A DNA stretch of 64,000 nucleotides, taken from Chloroflexota bacterium. GTDB taxonomy: Bacteria; Chloroflexota; Limnocylindria; QHBO01. The position numbers and the translations under genes are program-made. Below, piece by piece: positions 40,470-49,408 of the stretch. How positions within the stretch are numbered: the stretch's first letter is position 1; every line of letters starts with the position of its first letter. The DNA lies in contig QHBO01000007.1 in assembly GCA_003243965.1 (NCBI GenBank), positions 14,843 to 78,842 on the forward strand, read 5' to 3'. Below the pieces are notes generated by a model, which saw nothing but the letters and a program-made list of their open reading frames with translations, did no database searches and was not told the DNA's origin.

Positions 40470-41563
40470 GTGGCGCGCGGCCGGTCTTCCTGGCCGCCAC
40501 GGGACAAAACCGCGGAAAGACGACCGTCTCCCTCGGGCTGATTGCGGCAATTCTGGCAGGCAATCATCGGCTCGGCTTCGTGAAGCCGGTCGGGCAGCGG
40601 TACCTGGTCATCGACGGCATGCGCGCCGACGAGGACGCGGTGCTGGTCAAGGAGGTCTTCGGGCTGGCCGACCCGCTGGACGACATGAGCCCGGTCACCC
40701 TTCCGCGCCACTTCACCACCGATTGGATCATGGGACGGATCAGCAGCGACCTGGACCGGAACCTGAGCGATGCCTACCATCGCGTGGCGGCCGACAAAGA
40801 GATCGTGGTCATCGAGGGGACGGGACACGCAGGCGTCGGGGCGGTGGTCGGCCTCTCGAATGCGCGCGTGGCGGGCCTGCTCGGTGCGCGGACGATCATC
40901 GTCTCCGAGGGCGGAGTGGGGCGTCCGATCGATGAGATCGTCCTCAACCTGGCGCTCTTCGCGCAGCACGGCGTCGATGTCATCGGGGCCATCGTCAACA
41001 AGGTCGACGTCGTCGGTCGGCCGGATCTGGAGGAGGTGCTGCGACGCGGTCTGGCGCGGCACGGCGTTGCGCTGCTGGGCTGCATCCCGTTCAGCGAGCT
41101 GCTCGCCAATCCGTCGCTCGAGCTGATCGTCACCCACCTCGACGGCGAGCTGCTCGCCGGCACCGCGACCCCGGGGCACGTGATCGGCCAGGTGGCGATC
41201 GGTGCCATGCAGGCCGGCCATGCGATGGGGCTGCTGCGGGACCGCACGCTGCTGATCACCCCCGGCGACCGCGAGGACCTGCTGCTTGCCGCCGTCGCCG
41301 CCAACCGTGCGGCTGAGCACGGACGGCCCAAGGTGAGCGGCCTGGTTCTGACCGGTGGCTTCCGACCGGCCGCGCCCGTTCTCGCCGAGCTGCGCTCGAG
41401 CGGCCTGTTCACCTACCTGGTCGGCGGCGAGACGTACGGCACCGCCCAGGCGGTGGATGCGATCCTGGTCAAGACGCACCCCACCGATACCGAGAAGATC
41501 GAGACCATCATCTCGCTGGTCGGCAGTGCGCTGGACGTCGACGGCCTGCTGGCCCGGCTCTAG
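40466..41563 (+). CDS. BioD-like/AAA_26 plus DRTGG protein (Pta N-terminal region without catalytic domain)
   Basis: NRGKTT, GFVKPVG, IEGTG, ITPGDRED, LVLTGG. Confidence 0.85.
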   Translation: MSGARPVFLAATGQNRGKTTVSLGLIAAILAGNHRLGFVKPVGQRYLVIDGMRADEDAVLVKEVFGLADPLDDMSPVTLPRHFTTDWIMGRISSDLDRNLSDAYHRVAADKEIVVIEGTGHAGVGAVVGLSNARVAGLLGARTIIVSEGGVGRPIDEIVLNLALFAQHGVDVIGAIVNKVDVVGRPDLEEVLRRGLARHGVALLGCIPFSELLANPSLELIVTHLDGELLAGTATPGHVIGQVAIGAMQAGHAMGLLRDRTLLITPGDREDLLLAAVAANRAAEHGRPKVSGLVLTGGFRPAAPVLAELRSSGLFTYLVGGETYGTAQAVDAILVKTHPTDTEKIETIISLVGSALDVDGLLARL

Positions 41564-41573
41564 GCGCAGCCCG

Positions 41574-41605
41574 GGCGGAGACGCGAGGCGGAGACGCGAG
41601 GCGGA
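41574..41605. repeat. 13-bp tandem repeat (about 2.5 copies)
   Basis: ggcggagacgcga twice, then ggcgga. Confidence 0.7.
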
Positions 41606-41696
41606 CACAAAGGGAGGAGGCCGGACGTGGGCACCCGCCGGCCTCCTCGGTACACCGCAACGTCATCCCGGAGCGACCGGGGATCGCGGCGACCCT
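41605..41696 (-). ncRNA. Candidate small RNA of about 90 nt
   Basis: Promoter-like CTGACG-16-TATCAT (41728-41701); long stem with G:U pairs on the minus strand; terminal hairpin gaggaggccgg/ccggcctcctc followed by ccttt. Confidence 0.55.
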
Positions 41697-41766
41697 GAGA
41701 ATGATACGAATCCCCACCCGGACGTCAGTAGTACCTTCGTCGCCGGGTGACTCGGCGGGCAGGCGA

Positions 41767-42621
41767 TTAGCCGCCGGCGGCGTCCAGCGGGAGGTTGTCG
41801 GTGAGGCGGGTACGCCCGATCCAGACCGCCACCATCGCCAGGGCCGGGCCGGTGACGCGCTGAAGCTCGACCAGCGTGAAGGCGTCCGCGACGCTCACGT
41901 AGTCGAGCCGGGCCATCGGCTCCGCGGTGATGATGTCGCTCATCCTGGCGCGGAGCACCTCTGCCGACCGCTCACCTCGCTCGAAGGCATGCTCGGCGGC
42001 AGCGAGCGCGGCGTAGATGCAGGTCGCGGCATGGCGCTGCTCGATGCTGAGGCTGGCGTTCGCCGAGGAGACCGCGAGGCCGTCCGACTCGCGTACGGTG
42101 GCGCAGACCACCAGCTCCACGTTCATGAACAGGTCGCGAAGCATGCGGCGCAGGATGACGTTCTGCTGCGCGTGGCGTTGCCCGAGGTACATGCGCGCCG
42201 GGCCGACCAGGTGAAGCAGCTTGACCATGACCGTGGTCAACCCGTCGAGGTGGCCCGGGCGGGAGGCGCCCTCGAGCTGGCGGGTGAGCCCCTCGACCGT
42301 GACACGCGTCAGGTCGTCGGGCGGGTAGAGGGTGATGACCTGCGGGAGGAATGCAATGTCCGCTCCCGCGCTGTCGAGCAGTGCCAGATCACGTCCCTCG
42401 TCGCGGGGCCCCGCCTGCGCCTCGTCGAGCGTTCGGAAGTCGCCAGGGCTCACGAAGCTGCTGACCACGACGGCGCCGTTCTCCGCCTTCGCGCGGCGGA
42501 CAAGCGAGAGCTGCCCATCGTGGAGCGCGCCCATGGTCGGCACGTATCCCACCGAGGCGCCTCCCACGCGGTGGGCAAGAACCGCCGCACGGAGGTCGGG
42601 CACGCTCCGGACGACCTGCAC
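41767..42621 (-). CDS. PanC (pantoate-beta-alanine ligase)-like protein with degenerate active site
   Basis: VPTMGALHDGQ, SSFVSPGDF, LEGASRPGHL, YLGQRHAQQ, DGLAVSSAN, TRLTDN. Confidence 0.85.
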   Translation of the reverse strand: MQVVRSVPDLRAAVLAHRVGGASVGYVPTMGALHDGQLSLVRRAKAENGAVVVSSFVSPGDFRTLDEAQAGPRDEGRDLALLDSAGADIAFLPQVITLYPPDDLTRVTVEGLTRQLEGASRPGHLDGLTTVMVKLLHLVGPARMYLGQRHAQQNVILRRMLRDLFMNVELVVCATVRESDGLAVSSANASLSIEQRHAATCIYAALAAAEHAFERGERSAEVLRARMSDIITAEPMARLDYVSVADAFTLVELQRVTGPALAMVAVWIGRTRLTDNLPLDAAGG

Positions 42622-42623
42622 CG

Positions 42624-43895
42624 TCAGGAGCGCCTCGATGCGCCACGCGGCGCACTCGGGTCGGTCGAGGATTCCTGCCCGCGATAGCGGTCGGCGATCA
42701 GGTCCCACAGGCGCTCGGCGACCTGCCGCTTGGGGAGCATCGGCCAGTCCGTCAGGTTTCCCTCCCGCCCGAACACGGCCACCTTGTTCTCGTCCGAACC
42801 GATGGCGTCGAACGGGCCCCCGATCTCGTTGGCGACGATCAGGTCGAGCCCCTTGTCGCGCAGTTTGCCGGTGGCGTTCGCCTCCATGTCGTTCGTTTCA
42901 GCCGCGAAACCGATGAGGAACGGGCGAACCTCGGCTGGCATCTCGGCCACCTCGGCGATGATGTCCGGATTGGGCACCAGATCGATGCGGAGCGGGGCAC
43001 CGTCACGCTTGATCTTGCGCTGGCTGGCCCGCGACGGAGCGAAGTCCGACACCGCGGCGGCCATGACCACGATATCGGCGCCCGGCGCGCTGCGCAGCAC
43101 TGCCTCACGCATCGAGGCGGCTGTCGGTGCCTCGACGACGGTCACGCCACCTGGTGAGGCGACTGACAGTGCGCCGGCGATCAGCGTCACGCTGGCGCCG
43201 CGATCCCGGGCCGCCTCCGCGATCGCGACGCCCATCTTCCCGCTGCTGCGGTTGCCGATGAAGCGCACCGGGTCGAGCGGCTCGCGTGTGCCGCCTGCCG
43301 AGACGACGATGCGCAGCCCCTCCAGATCACCGGAGCGCGCGAAGAGGCGCTCCATCGCCTCGACGATGGTGGCGGGCTCCGCCAGCCGTCCCGCTCCGGT
43401 CAGGCCGCTCGCCAGCGCGCCGAATCCCGGCTCGATCACCAGATAGCCGAAGCCGCGCAGCGTCTCGACGTTGCGCTCCGTGGCTGGATGGGTCCACATG
43501 CCCGCATCCATGGCAGGAGCGACCACCACGCGCCCGCGGCCGGCGCAGGCGATGGCGGTCACCGGGTTCCGCACCAGCCCGACGGCCATCTCCGCGATGG
43601 CGTTGGCGGTTGCCGGCGCCACGACCACCGCGTCGGCTGCCTCTGCGAGCTCCACGTGAGCGATTCGGCGATCCGCGTCGAGCGCCATCAGGTCGGTGAC
43701 CGCCGGTCTCTGTGTCAGCGACTCGAACGTCAGCGCCGTCACGAAGCGGGTCGCTGCACGGGTCATCGCCACATCGACCGTCGCCCCCGACTGCTGCAGC
43801 AGCCGAACCAGGGTGACCGCCTTGTAGGTTGCGATGCTGCCGGTGACGCCGACCACGATCCGCCGCCCGGCGAGCCGCGGCCTGTCGTCGTTCAT
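42624..43895 (-). CDS. coaBC: Bifunctional phosphopantothenoylcysteine decarboxylase/ligase
   Basis: GVTGSIATYK, APATAN, APAMD, DPVRFIGNRSSGKMG, AAVSDF, GFAAET. Confidence 0.95.
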   Translation of the reverse strand: MNDDRPRLAGRRIVVGVTGSIATYKAVTLVRLLQQSGATVDVAMTRAATRFVTALTFESLTQRPAVTDLMALDADRRIAHVELAEAADAVVVAPATANAIAEMAVGLVRNPVTAIACAGRGRVVVAPAMDAGMWTHPATERNVETLRGFGYLVIEPGFGALASGLTGAGRLAEPATIVEAMERLFARSGDLEGLRIVVSAGGTREPLDPVRFIGNRSSGKMGVAIAEAARDRGASVTLIAGALSVASPGGVTVVEAPTAASMREAVLRSAPGADIVVMAAAVSDFAPSRASQRKIKRDGAPLRIDLVPNPDIIAEVAEMPAEVRPFLIGFAAETNDMEANATGKLRDKGLDLIVANEIGGPFDAIGSDENKVAVFGREGNLTDWPMLPKRQVAERLWDLIADRYRGQESSTDPSAPRGASRRS

Positions 43896-44725
43896 CGGGC
43901 CACACGCTCCGCAGCGGGCGTTCTCGCCACGGCGGCGTGCGCCGCCTGCCAGGCGTAGCGGATCCCGCGCAGGGTGAGATCAGGCTCGATGGCGTCGATA
44001 CCGGGAACGTCGCGCAGCCATGGTTCGTGGGTGTAGCCGCCGGTGGCAATCACGGTCACCCGGCTGGCCGGCGGAGATGCCTCGAGCAGCTCCGTGCGGA
44101 GCGCCGCCAACAGCCCCGACACCAGACCGATGTAGCCGTTGACGGTCCCGCTCTGCATGGCCTGCACGGTGGTTGTCCCGATGGCTCGCGGCGGTCGGCG
44201 GAGCTCGATGCGCGGCAGCTTGGCCGCGCGGCCGGCGAGTGCCTCGAGCGAGAGCCCCAGCCCGGGCGCGATCGCCCCACCGAGGTACGCCCCATCCGCG
44301 CTCACCACGTCGAAGTTCGTGCTGGTGCCGAGGTCGACCACGATCGCGGGCAGCGGAAACTCGCGGCAGACCGCCAGCGCGTTCGCGAGCCGATCGGCTC
44401 CGGCCTCCGCGGGGCGGTCGATGCGGATCTCGAGCGCGCCGCGCACTGTGCTCGCGTCGAGGAGGAACGGGTCCAGCGCCAGGCGGTCGTGGACCATCCG
44501 CTCGAAGGTGGCGGCGAGCGGCGGCACCACGCTGGCGATCGCCACTGCCTCGATGCGTTCAAGTCGTTCGCCGTCGAGCGCCAACAGGCCGGCAACCTGG
44601 GCGGCCAGCTCGTCAGTGGTCGCCACCGGGCGGGCGGTGGCACGCCAAGAGGCGACCAGCGATTCTCCGTCGAAGAGACCGAGCGTCAGGTTCGTGTTGC
44701 CGATGTCGGCCGCCAGCAGCTTCAT
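43892..44725 (-). CDS. coaX: Type III pantothenate kinase
   Basis: DIGNTN, GADR, VDLGT, GGAIAPG, TGG. Confidence 0.95.
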   Translation of the reverse strand: MKLLAADIGNTNLTLGLFDGESLVASWRATARPVATTDELAAQVAGLLALDGERLERIEAVAIASVVPPLAATFERMVHDRLALDPFLLDASTVRGALEIRIDRPAEAGADRLANALAVCREFPLPAIVVDLGTSTNFDVVSADGAYLGGAIAPGLGLSLEALAGRAAKLPRIELRRPPRAIGTTTVQAMQSGTVNGYIGLVSGLLAALRTELLEASPPASRVTVIATGGYTHEPWLRDVPGIDAIEPDLTLRGIRYAWQAAHAAVARTPAAERVAR

Positions 44726-44787
44726 CGGCGGCAATCCTACCAGCCGGTCCCCGACCGGCCGGTGGTCCGGTGCTAGACTCGCCGGCG

Positions 44788-45255
44788 ATGCCCGAGGCGC
44801 ATGCCAAGCTCTACATCAACACCGGCGTTGTCACCAACAAGAGCGACATCTACAACGTCCTGCGTCCGCTCCTGAAGCAGACGGTCACCTACACCTATTA
44901 CCGCGACAACCAAGTGGCCAGCAGTGGGACGGGTTGGGTCGAGCGGCTGGTCATCGACCACCCCGAGGTGGCGTCCTACTTCACGCCGCTCGCCATCTGC
45001 CTGAACCTCGATTCGTTCGACTACCTGCAGTTCGACACCACCTCCGAGCAGCTGCTCAGCTACACGTTGGTGATCGGCTCGGAGCGGGTCGTGATCGACT
45101 TCGCCGGAACGAGCGTGGCCCCGAACCCGGGCGACGAGGCGGGACGTGCGCGGCCGCTGCCACGCAACGCCGATGAGCTCGCACGCGACCTGCGGTTCAT
45201 CCAGATGGAGCTCATGATGTCGTCGGACACCGCCGATGAGGACGAGGACGCCTAG
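44788..45255 (+). CDS. Hypothetical protein
   Basis: Strong coding bias; TAGACT 8 nt upstream; abuts the M16 peptidase gene. Confidence 0.75.
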   Translation: MPEAHAKLYINTGVVTNKSDIYNVLRPLLKQTVTYTYYRDNQVASSGTGWVERLVIDHPEVASYFTPLAICLNLDSFDYLQFDTTSEQLLSYTLVIGSERVVIDFAGTSVAPNPGDEAGRARPLPRNADELARDLRFIQMELMMSSDTADEDEDA

Positions 45256-46614
45256 GTGAGCCGGGCGCTGGCAGCGGGCCAGACGCGCGGTACGGCGAGG
45301 ACCAACCAGGCGCGGACGCCGACCACGGTCGAGCCGATCTTCACGCGCAGCGTGCTGCCGAACGGGCTACGCATCGTCACCCAGCCGATCCCGCTCGGCC
45401 GATCCGTTTCAGTCGGCCTGTTCGTGGGGGTCGGCTCGCGGCACGAGGACGACGCGCACGCCGGCCTCTCCCACCTGCTCGAGCATCTCGTGTTCAAGGG
45501 CACGCGCGGTTTCCCGGACGCCGGCGCCCTGTCGGAGACCATCGAGGGCGTTGGCGGCAGCGTCAACGCATCCACGGACCGGGAGCTGACGGTCTACAGC
45601 GCCAAGGTGCCGCGCCAGGCGTGGCGCCGAGCCCTGGAGGTGGTCGCCGAGCTCTGCCTCCGGCCGCTCCTGCGCCGGCGCGACCTGGCAGCCGAGAAGC
45701 CGGTGATCGTCGACGAGATCCGGATGTACATCGACTCGCCCGCGGATCACATCTTCACCCTCTTCGACGAGCTGCTGTTTGGCGCACATCCACTCGGCCG
45801 GGAGATTGCCGGCAGCCCCGGCAGCGTGCGCCGCGCGACCGCGGATCTGGTGCGATCCCACTGGGAGGCGTGGTATCGACCTCCGCACCTGGTCCTGGCC
45901 GTGGCCGGGCCGGTAGAGCACGAGGCGGTGGTCGAGATTGCCCGCGGCTGGTTCAGCGACGAGACGCCCGAACCGCCGACGCCGATCGGGCGCCCCCGCA
46001 CCCAGCCGCCGACCCCAACCGCGCCGGGAACCGTGAAGGTTGCGCACCGTCGGCTGGGCCAGGCGAACCTGTTGCTCGGGATGCCCGGCGTCGCCCGCGA
46101 CGATCCCGACCGCTGGGCTTTGGACCTGCTCGGCGCCGTGCTGGGCGATGGGATGAGCTCACGGCTCTTCCTCGAGCTCCGCGAGCGCCGGTCGCTGGCC
46201 TACGACATCTCGACGTTCGGCTCGATGTACGCAGACTGCGGGACGTTCGGGATCAACGCCGGCTTTGACCCGGAGCAGGCGAACGCCATCGTGCGGGCGA
46301 TCCTCGAGCAGCTCGAGCGGGTCGCCCAGGAGCCGGTGCTCGAGACGGAGTTGGAGCGCGCGCGCGCGTACACGCGGGGCAGATTGGAGCTTCGGATGGA
46401 GGAGAGTGGAGCGGTGGTTGCCTGGCTCGGCACCGGGGAGAGCCTGCTGCCCCGCATCCTGAGCGTCGAGGAGGTGGTCGAGCAGCTCGCGGCGGTGTCG
46501 ACCGAGGACCTCCTGCGCGTGGCACAACGCTACGCGCGCCCCGAGCTGGCGCGGCTGGCCGTGCTGGGCCCATTTCGTGGGTCACGCCGCTTCGAGCGGC
46601 TGCTCCCCGGATGA
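45256..46614 (+). CDS. M16 family zinc peptidase
   Basis: LPNGL, VGSR.E, HLLEHLVFKG, NAST, SSRLF.ELRE. Confidence 0.93.
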   Translation: MSRALAAGQTRGTARTNQARTPTTVEPIFTRSVLPNGLRIVTQPIPLGRSVSVGLFVGVGSRHEDDAHAGLSHLLEHLVFKGTRGFPDAGALSETIEGVGGSVNASTDRELTVYSAKVPRQAWRRALEVVAELCLRPLLRRRDLAAEKPVIVDEIRMYIDSPADHIFTLFDELLFGAHPLGREIAGSPGSVRRATADLVRSHWEAWYRPPHLVLAVAGPVEHEAVVEIARGWFSDETPEPPTPIGRPRTQPPTPTAPGTVKVAHRRLGQANLLLGMPGVARDDPDRWALDLLGAVLGDGMSSRLFLELRERRSLAYDISTFGSMYADCGTFGINAGFDPEQANAIVRAILEQLERVAQEPVLETELERARAYTRGRLELRMEESGAVVAWLGTGESLLPRILSVEEVVEQLAAVSTEDLLRVAQRYARPELARLAVLGPFRGSRRFERLLPG

Positions 46615-47339
46615 GCTTCGACCTCGTCCCCGATGAGGTTTCCCTCGCCCGCGCGCAGCTCGCCTCGGGACTCGCGACTGTCGCAGAGGCGACGCTGCGG
46701 CGCCGGATCGCGCGGCTGGAGGTGGAGGGCCCCGGCGGCTACGAGGAGATCGACGCGGCACGTGCCCTCCTCGCGCAGGCCATCTGGCGCCAGGGACGCC
46801 CGGTGGCGGCCGGCGCAGTGATCGACCGGATTCGCGCCAGCTCTCCGGAGCGCCGCACGCCCGTGGTCCTGCTGATGGAGGCGGAGGCGAGCGCCGCCGC
46901 GGGACAGGCGGAGCGGGCCAACGCACAGATGGAGCGGGTCCTGTCGGAGATCGGCGTCGACGAAGCATGGCGGCTGCGCGCCGGAACCCCGAGCCGCCTC
47001 TCGTGGCCGGTGCCCGTGTCGCTGCGCGCTCGGAGGCCACCGCCGCCGGCGGTTGCGCCGCCGCCCGAGCAGCTCCCCCAGCGCACCGCCGCCGGCCACG
47101 CCCGCCTCGAGGGAGCTCGAATGGCGTATGGGGCCGGCGAGCACGAGCGCGGCGACCGCGAGCTGGCGCTCGCGGTGCGCCTCGATCCGGAGCTCGCGAG
47201 CGAGGGCATCGCGCTGCTCGAGCCGACGCTCGGGCGGCAGCCGCCAGCGGACCGTCTGGTACTCTACGGCGACCTCCTGCGCGCCGTCGGCCGGCAGGCC
47301 GACGCATCGGTCGCCTACGACCGCGCCGCGGGGGCCTGA
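46611..47339 (+). CDS. Hypothetical TPR-like helical protein
   Basis: Translationally coupled (ATGA); LYGDLLRAVGR..DA..AY TPR-like C-terminus. Confidence 0.65.
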   Translation: MSFDLVPDEVSLARAQLASGLATVAEATLRRRIARLEVEGPGGYEEIDAARALLAQAIWRQGRPVAAGAVIDRIRASSPERRTPVVLLMEAEASAAAGQAERANAQMERVLSEIGVDEAWRLRAGTPSRLSWPVPVSLRARRPPPPAVAPPPEQLPQRTAAGHARLEGARMAYGAGEHERGDRELALAVRLDPELASEGIALLEPTLGRQPPADRLVLYGDLLRAVGRQADASVAYDRAAGA

Positions 47340-47422
47340 CCCGCCACTCCAAAAAGGCCGGCGCCCTGCACGGCGGCGTCGGCGCCGGTGACAGCCAACC
47401 CGAGACAAGGAGCAGACCCTGG

Positions 47423-47926
47423 ATGGAGCGCACGCTCGTCCTCGTCAAGCCCGATGGCGTCCAGCGCGGCCTCATCGGCGAGATCCTGGCCCGGTTCGAG
47501 CGAAAGGGCCTGAAGGTGGTGGGGCTGCGCATGCTGGACGTCTCGCGCGAGATGGCCGAGCGGCACTACGCGGTGCATCGGGGGAAGTTCTTCTACGAGG
47601 GGCTGGTGGAGTTCATCACCTCAGGCCCGGTGGCGGCCATCGCGCTCCAGGGTCCCGACGCGATTGCGGTCGTGCGCCGCATGATCGGTCGGACGATGCC
47701 CAACGAAGCGGAGCCCGGCACCATCCGCGGCGACCTCGGGATCAGCGGGCTGCGGAACCTGGTGCACGCCTCCGACGCGACGGAGACGGCGGCCGCCGAG
47801 CTTCAGGTGTGGTTCGGGAAGGGCGGGACCGTCGACTACCGCAGGGAGATCGAGACCTGGATCGTGGCCGAAGAGCCGGGGCGCAGCGAGCCGGTGGTGC
47901 GCGACCCGGAGTCCAGCCCGACGTAG
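47423..47926 (+). CDS. ndk: Nucleoside diphosphate kinase
   Basis: MERTLVLVKPDGVQRGL, PGTIRGD, NLVHASD. Confidence 0.96.
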   Translation: MERTLVLVKPDGVQRGLIGEILARFERKGLKVVGLRMLDVSREMAERHYAVHRGKFFYEGLVEFITSGPVAAIALQGPDAIAVVRRMIGRTMPNEAEPGTIRGDLGISGLRNLVHASDATETAAAELQVWFGKGGTVDYRREIETWIVAEEPGRSEPVVRDPESSPT

Positions 47927-48570
47927 GCAGGTCGATTCAGGAAGCCGATGCGATCGATCGGGAAGTAGCGCAGCCAGGCGCGACCGATGATCAGCTGCCG
48001 GCTGATCGGTCCGAAATAGCGGGAGTCCTGGCTCACCGGGCGGTTGTCGCCCATCACGAAGTAGCTGCCGGGTGGCACGCTCCATTGCACGGTGCCGGCC
48101 GGGTCGCGCGGTAGGCTGGGCGCCACCCGACCATCGGCGCCGCGGATCACGTAGTTCTCACTGAGCTGTACCGGGCTGCCGCCCGGGGGCGTGACGAACA
48201 CCCTGCCGTTCTCCAGGCGCACCGTGTCGCCCGCCACGCCGATCACGCGCTTGATGAACGGCACGCCGCCCTGCTCGTAGCCGGCGGGCGGGTTGAAGAC
48301 CACGATATCGCCGCGCTGGAAGTCGCCGAAGCGCGGAGTGATCTTGTCGATCAGCACGTACTCCCGCGAGTTGATGGTCGGGATCATCGAGTTCTGCTCG
48401 ACCTCGAACGGCTGGGCGATGAAGTTGTGGATCAGCAGGTAGATGACGAGCGTCAGGACCAGCGTCTCGACGATTTCGAACGCGCAGCCCAGGCTCTTGC
48501 GCCGCGGTTTGGGCTCTGCCGATTCGACGGGCACCCCGGCTCGGGTGACGTCGTCAGGGGCGTAGGTCAT
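47836..48570 (-). CDS. lepB: Signal peptidase I
   Basis: SMIPT, RGDIVVF, IKRVIG, GDNR..S.DSR. Confidence 0.95.
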   Translation of the reverse strand: MTYAPDDVTRAGVPVESAEPKPRRKSLGCAFEIVETLVLTLVIYLLIHNFIAQPFEVEQNSMIPTINSREYVLIDKITPRFGDFQRGDIVVFNPPAGYEQGGVPFIKRVIGVAGDTVRLENGRVFVTPPGGSPVQLSENYVIRGADGRVAPSLPRDPAGTVQWSVPPGSYFVMGDNRPVSQDSRYFGPISRQLIIGRAWLRYFPIDRIGFLNRPAYVGLDSGSRTTGSLRPGSSATIQVSISLR

Positions 48571-48655
48571 CGGCGCTCCGTCAGCAAAGGGTGGGCGGCG
48601 GCCGGTAGCATAGCGCACGTCCCGCGCCAGGCCGCGGGGGCCATATCGGTGCCGC

Positions 48656-49330
48656 ATGGGTTCCCTCCTCCTCGCCCGTCACTCCATCACCGCCGCCAGC
48701 GCCGGCGGTCGCAACCTGGGCCAGTCAGCGGACCCGCCGCTCACCGAGGCTGGCCTCGCCCTCGCCCACCGCCTGGCCGCTGCGGTCGGTCTGGAGCTGG
48801 CCGCGCTGGCGATCAGCGAGCTGCGGCTGGTCACCAGCCCCGCGCTGCGCTGTCGCCAGACGATCGCGGCGATCGCGGAGGCGCTCGGCCATCCACACGA
48901 CCGGGTCACCGCGGAGCCGGGCCTGCTCGAGATCGACTACGGCCGCTGGGAGGGCCTCACCCCCGAGGAGTGTGCGGCCCAGGACCCCGCGTTGCGTGCC
49001 GCTTGGGACGAGGACCCGTACGCCACCGCCGCACCGGGCGGCGAGAGTGGCGCGGACGTTGCGGCGCGGGCCTTCCCGGTCTTCGATCGCCTGGAGGCGT
49101 GGCTCGCCGGCGAGCGAGGGCGCTGTGCGGTGGTGGTGGCGCACAACCACGTCAATCGCCTGCGCCTCTGCGCCCTCCTGGCCTGGCCGATGCGCGAGTA
49201 TCGCCGGCGCGTGACGCAGGACCCGGCCGGGTACAGCCTGCTGACCTTCACCGGCGATCTGCCGGTCGTTCGGCGGGTGAACGCTCCCGGCGGCCTGCCC
49301 GAAGAGGATCCGGAGCTCGCGCCCGTATAA
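48656..49330 (+). CDS. Histidine phosphatase (phosphoglycerate mutase family)
   Basis: LARH, SPALRC.QT, LLEIDYG.WEG, PGGES, VAH. Confidence 0.88.
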   Translation: MGSLLLARHSITAASAGGRNLGQSADPPLTEAGLALAHRLAAAVGLELAALAISELRLVTSPALRCRQTIAAIAEALGHPHDRVTAEPGLLEIDYGRWEGLTPEECAAQDPALRAAWDEDPYATAAPGGESGADVAARAFPVFDRLEAWLAGERGRCAVVVAHNHVNRLRLCALLAWPMREYRRRVTQDPAGYSLLTFTGDLPVVRRVNAPGGLPEEDPELAPV

Positions 49331-49408
49331 TCCCGGCGTTCCGGATCACCATCGGCGTCCGCCGTTCATATCGGTTGGCGCATCCGCCGTCTGCGACCAC
49401 GAGGTTCC

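Noticed and set aside
43370-43520. CoaBC has PAMD and LASG in place of PAMN and the catalytic LACG
   Set aside because: I recall this paired variant being widespread in other phyla, so it is not evidence of inactivation
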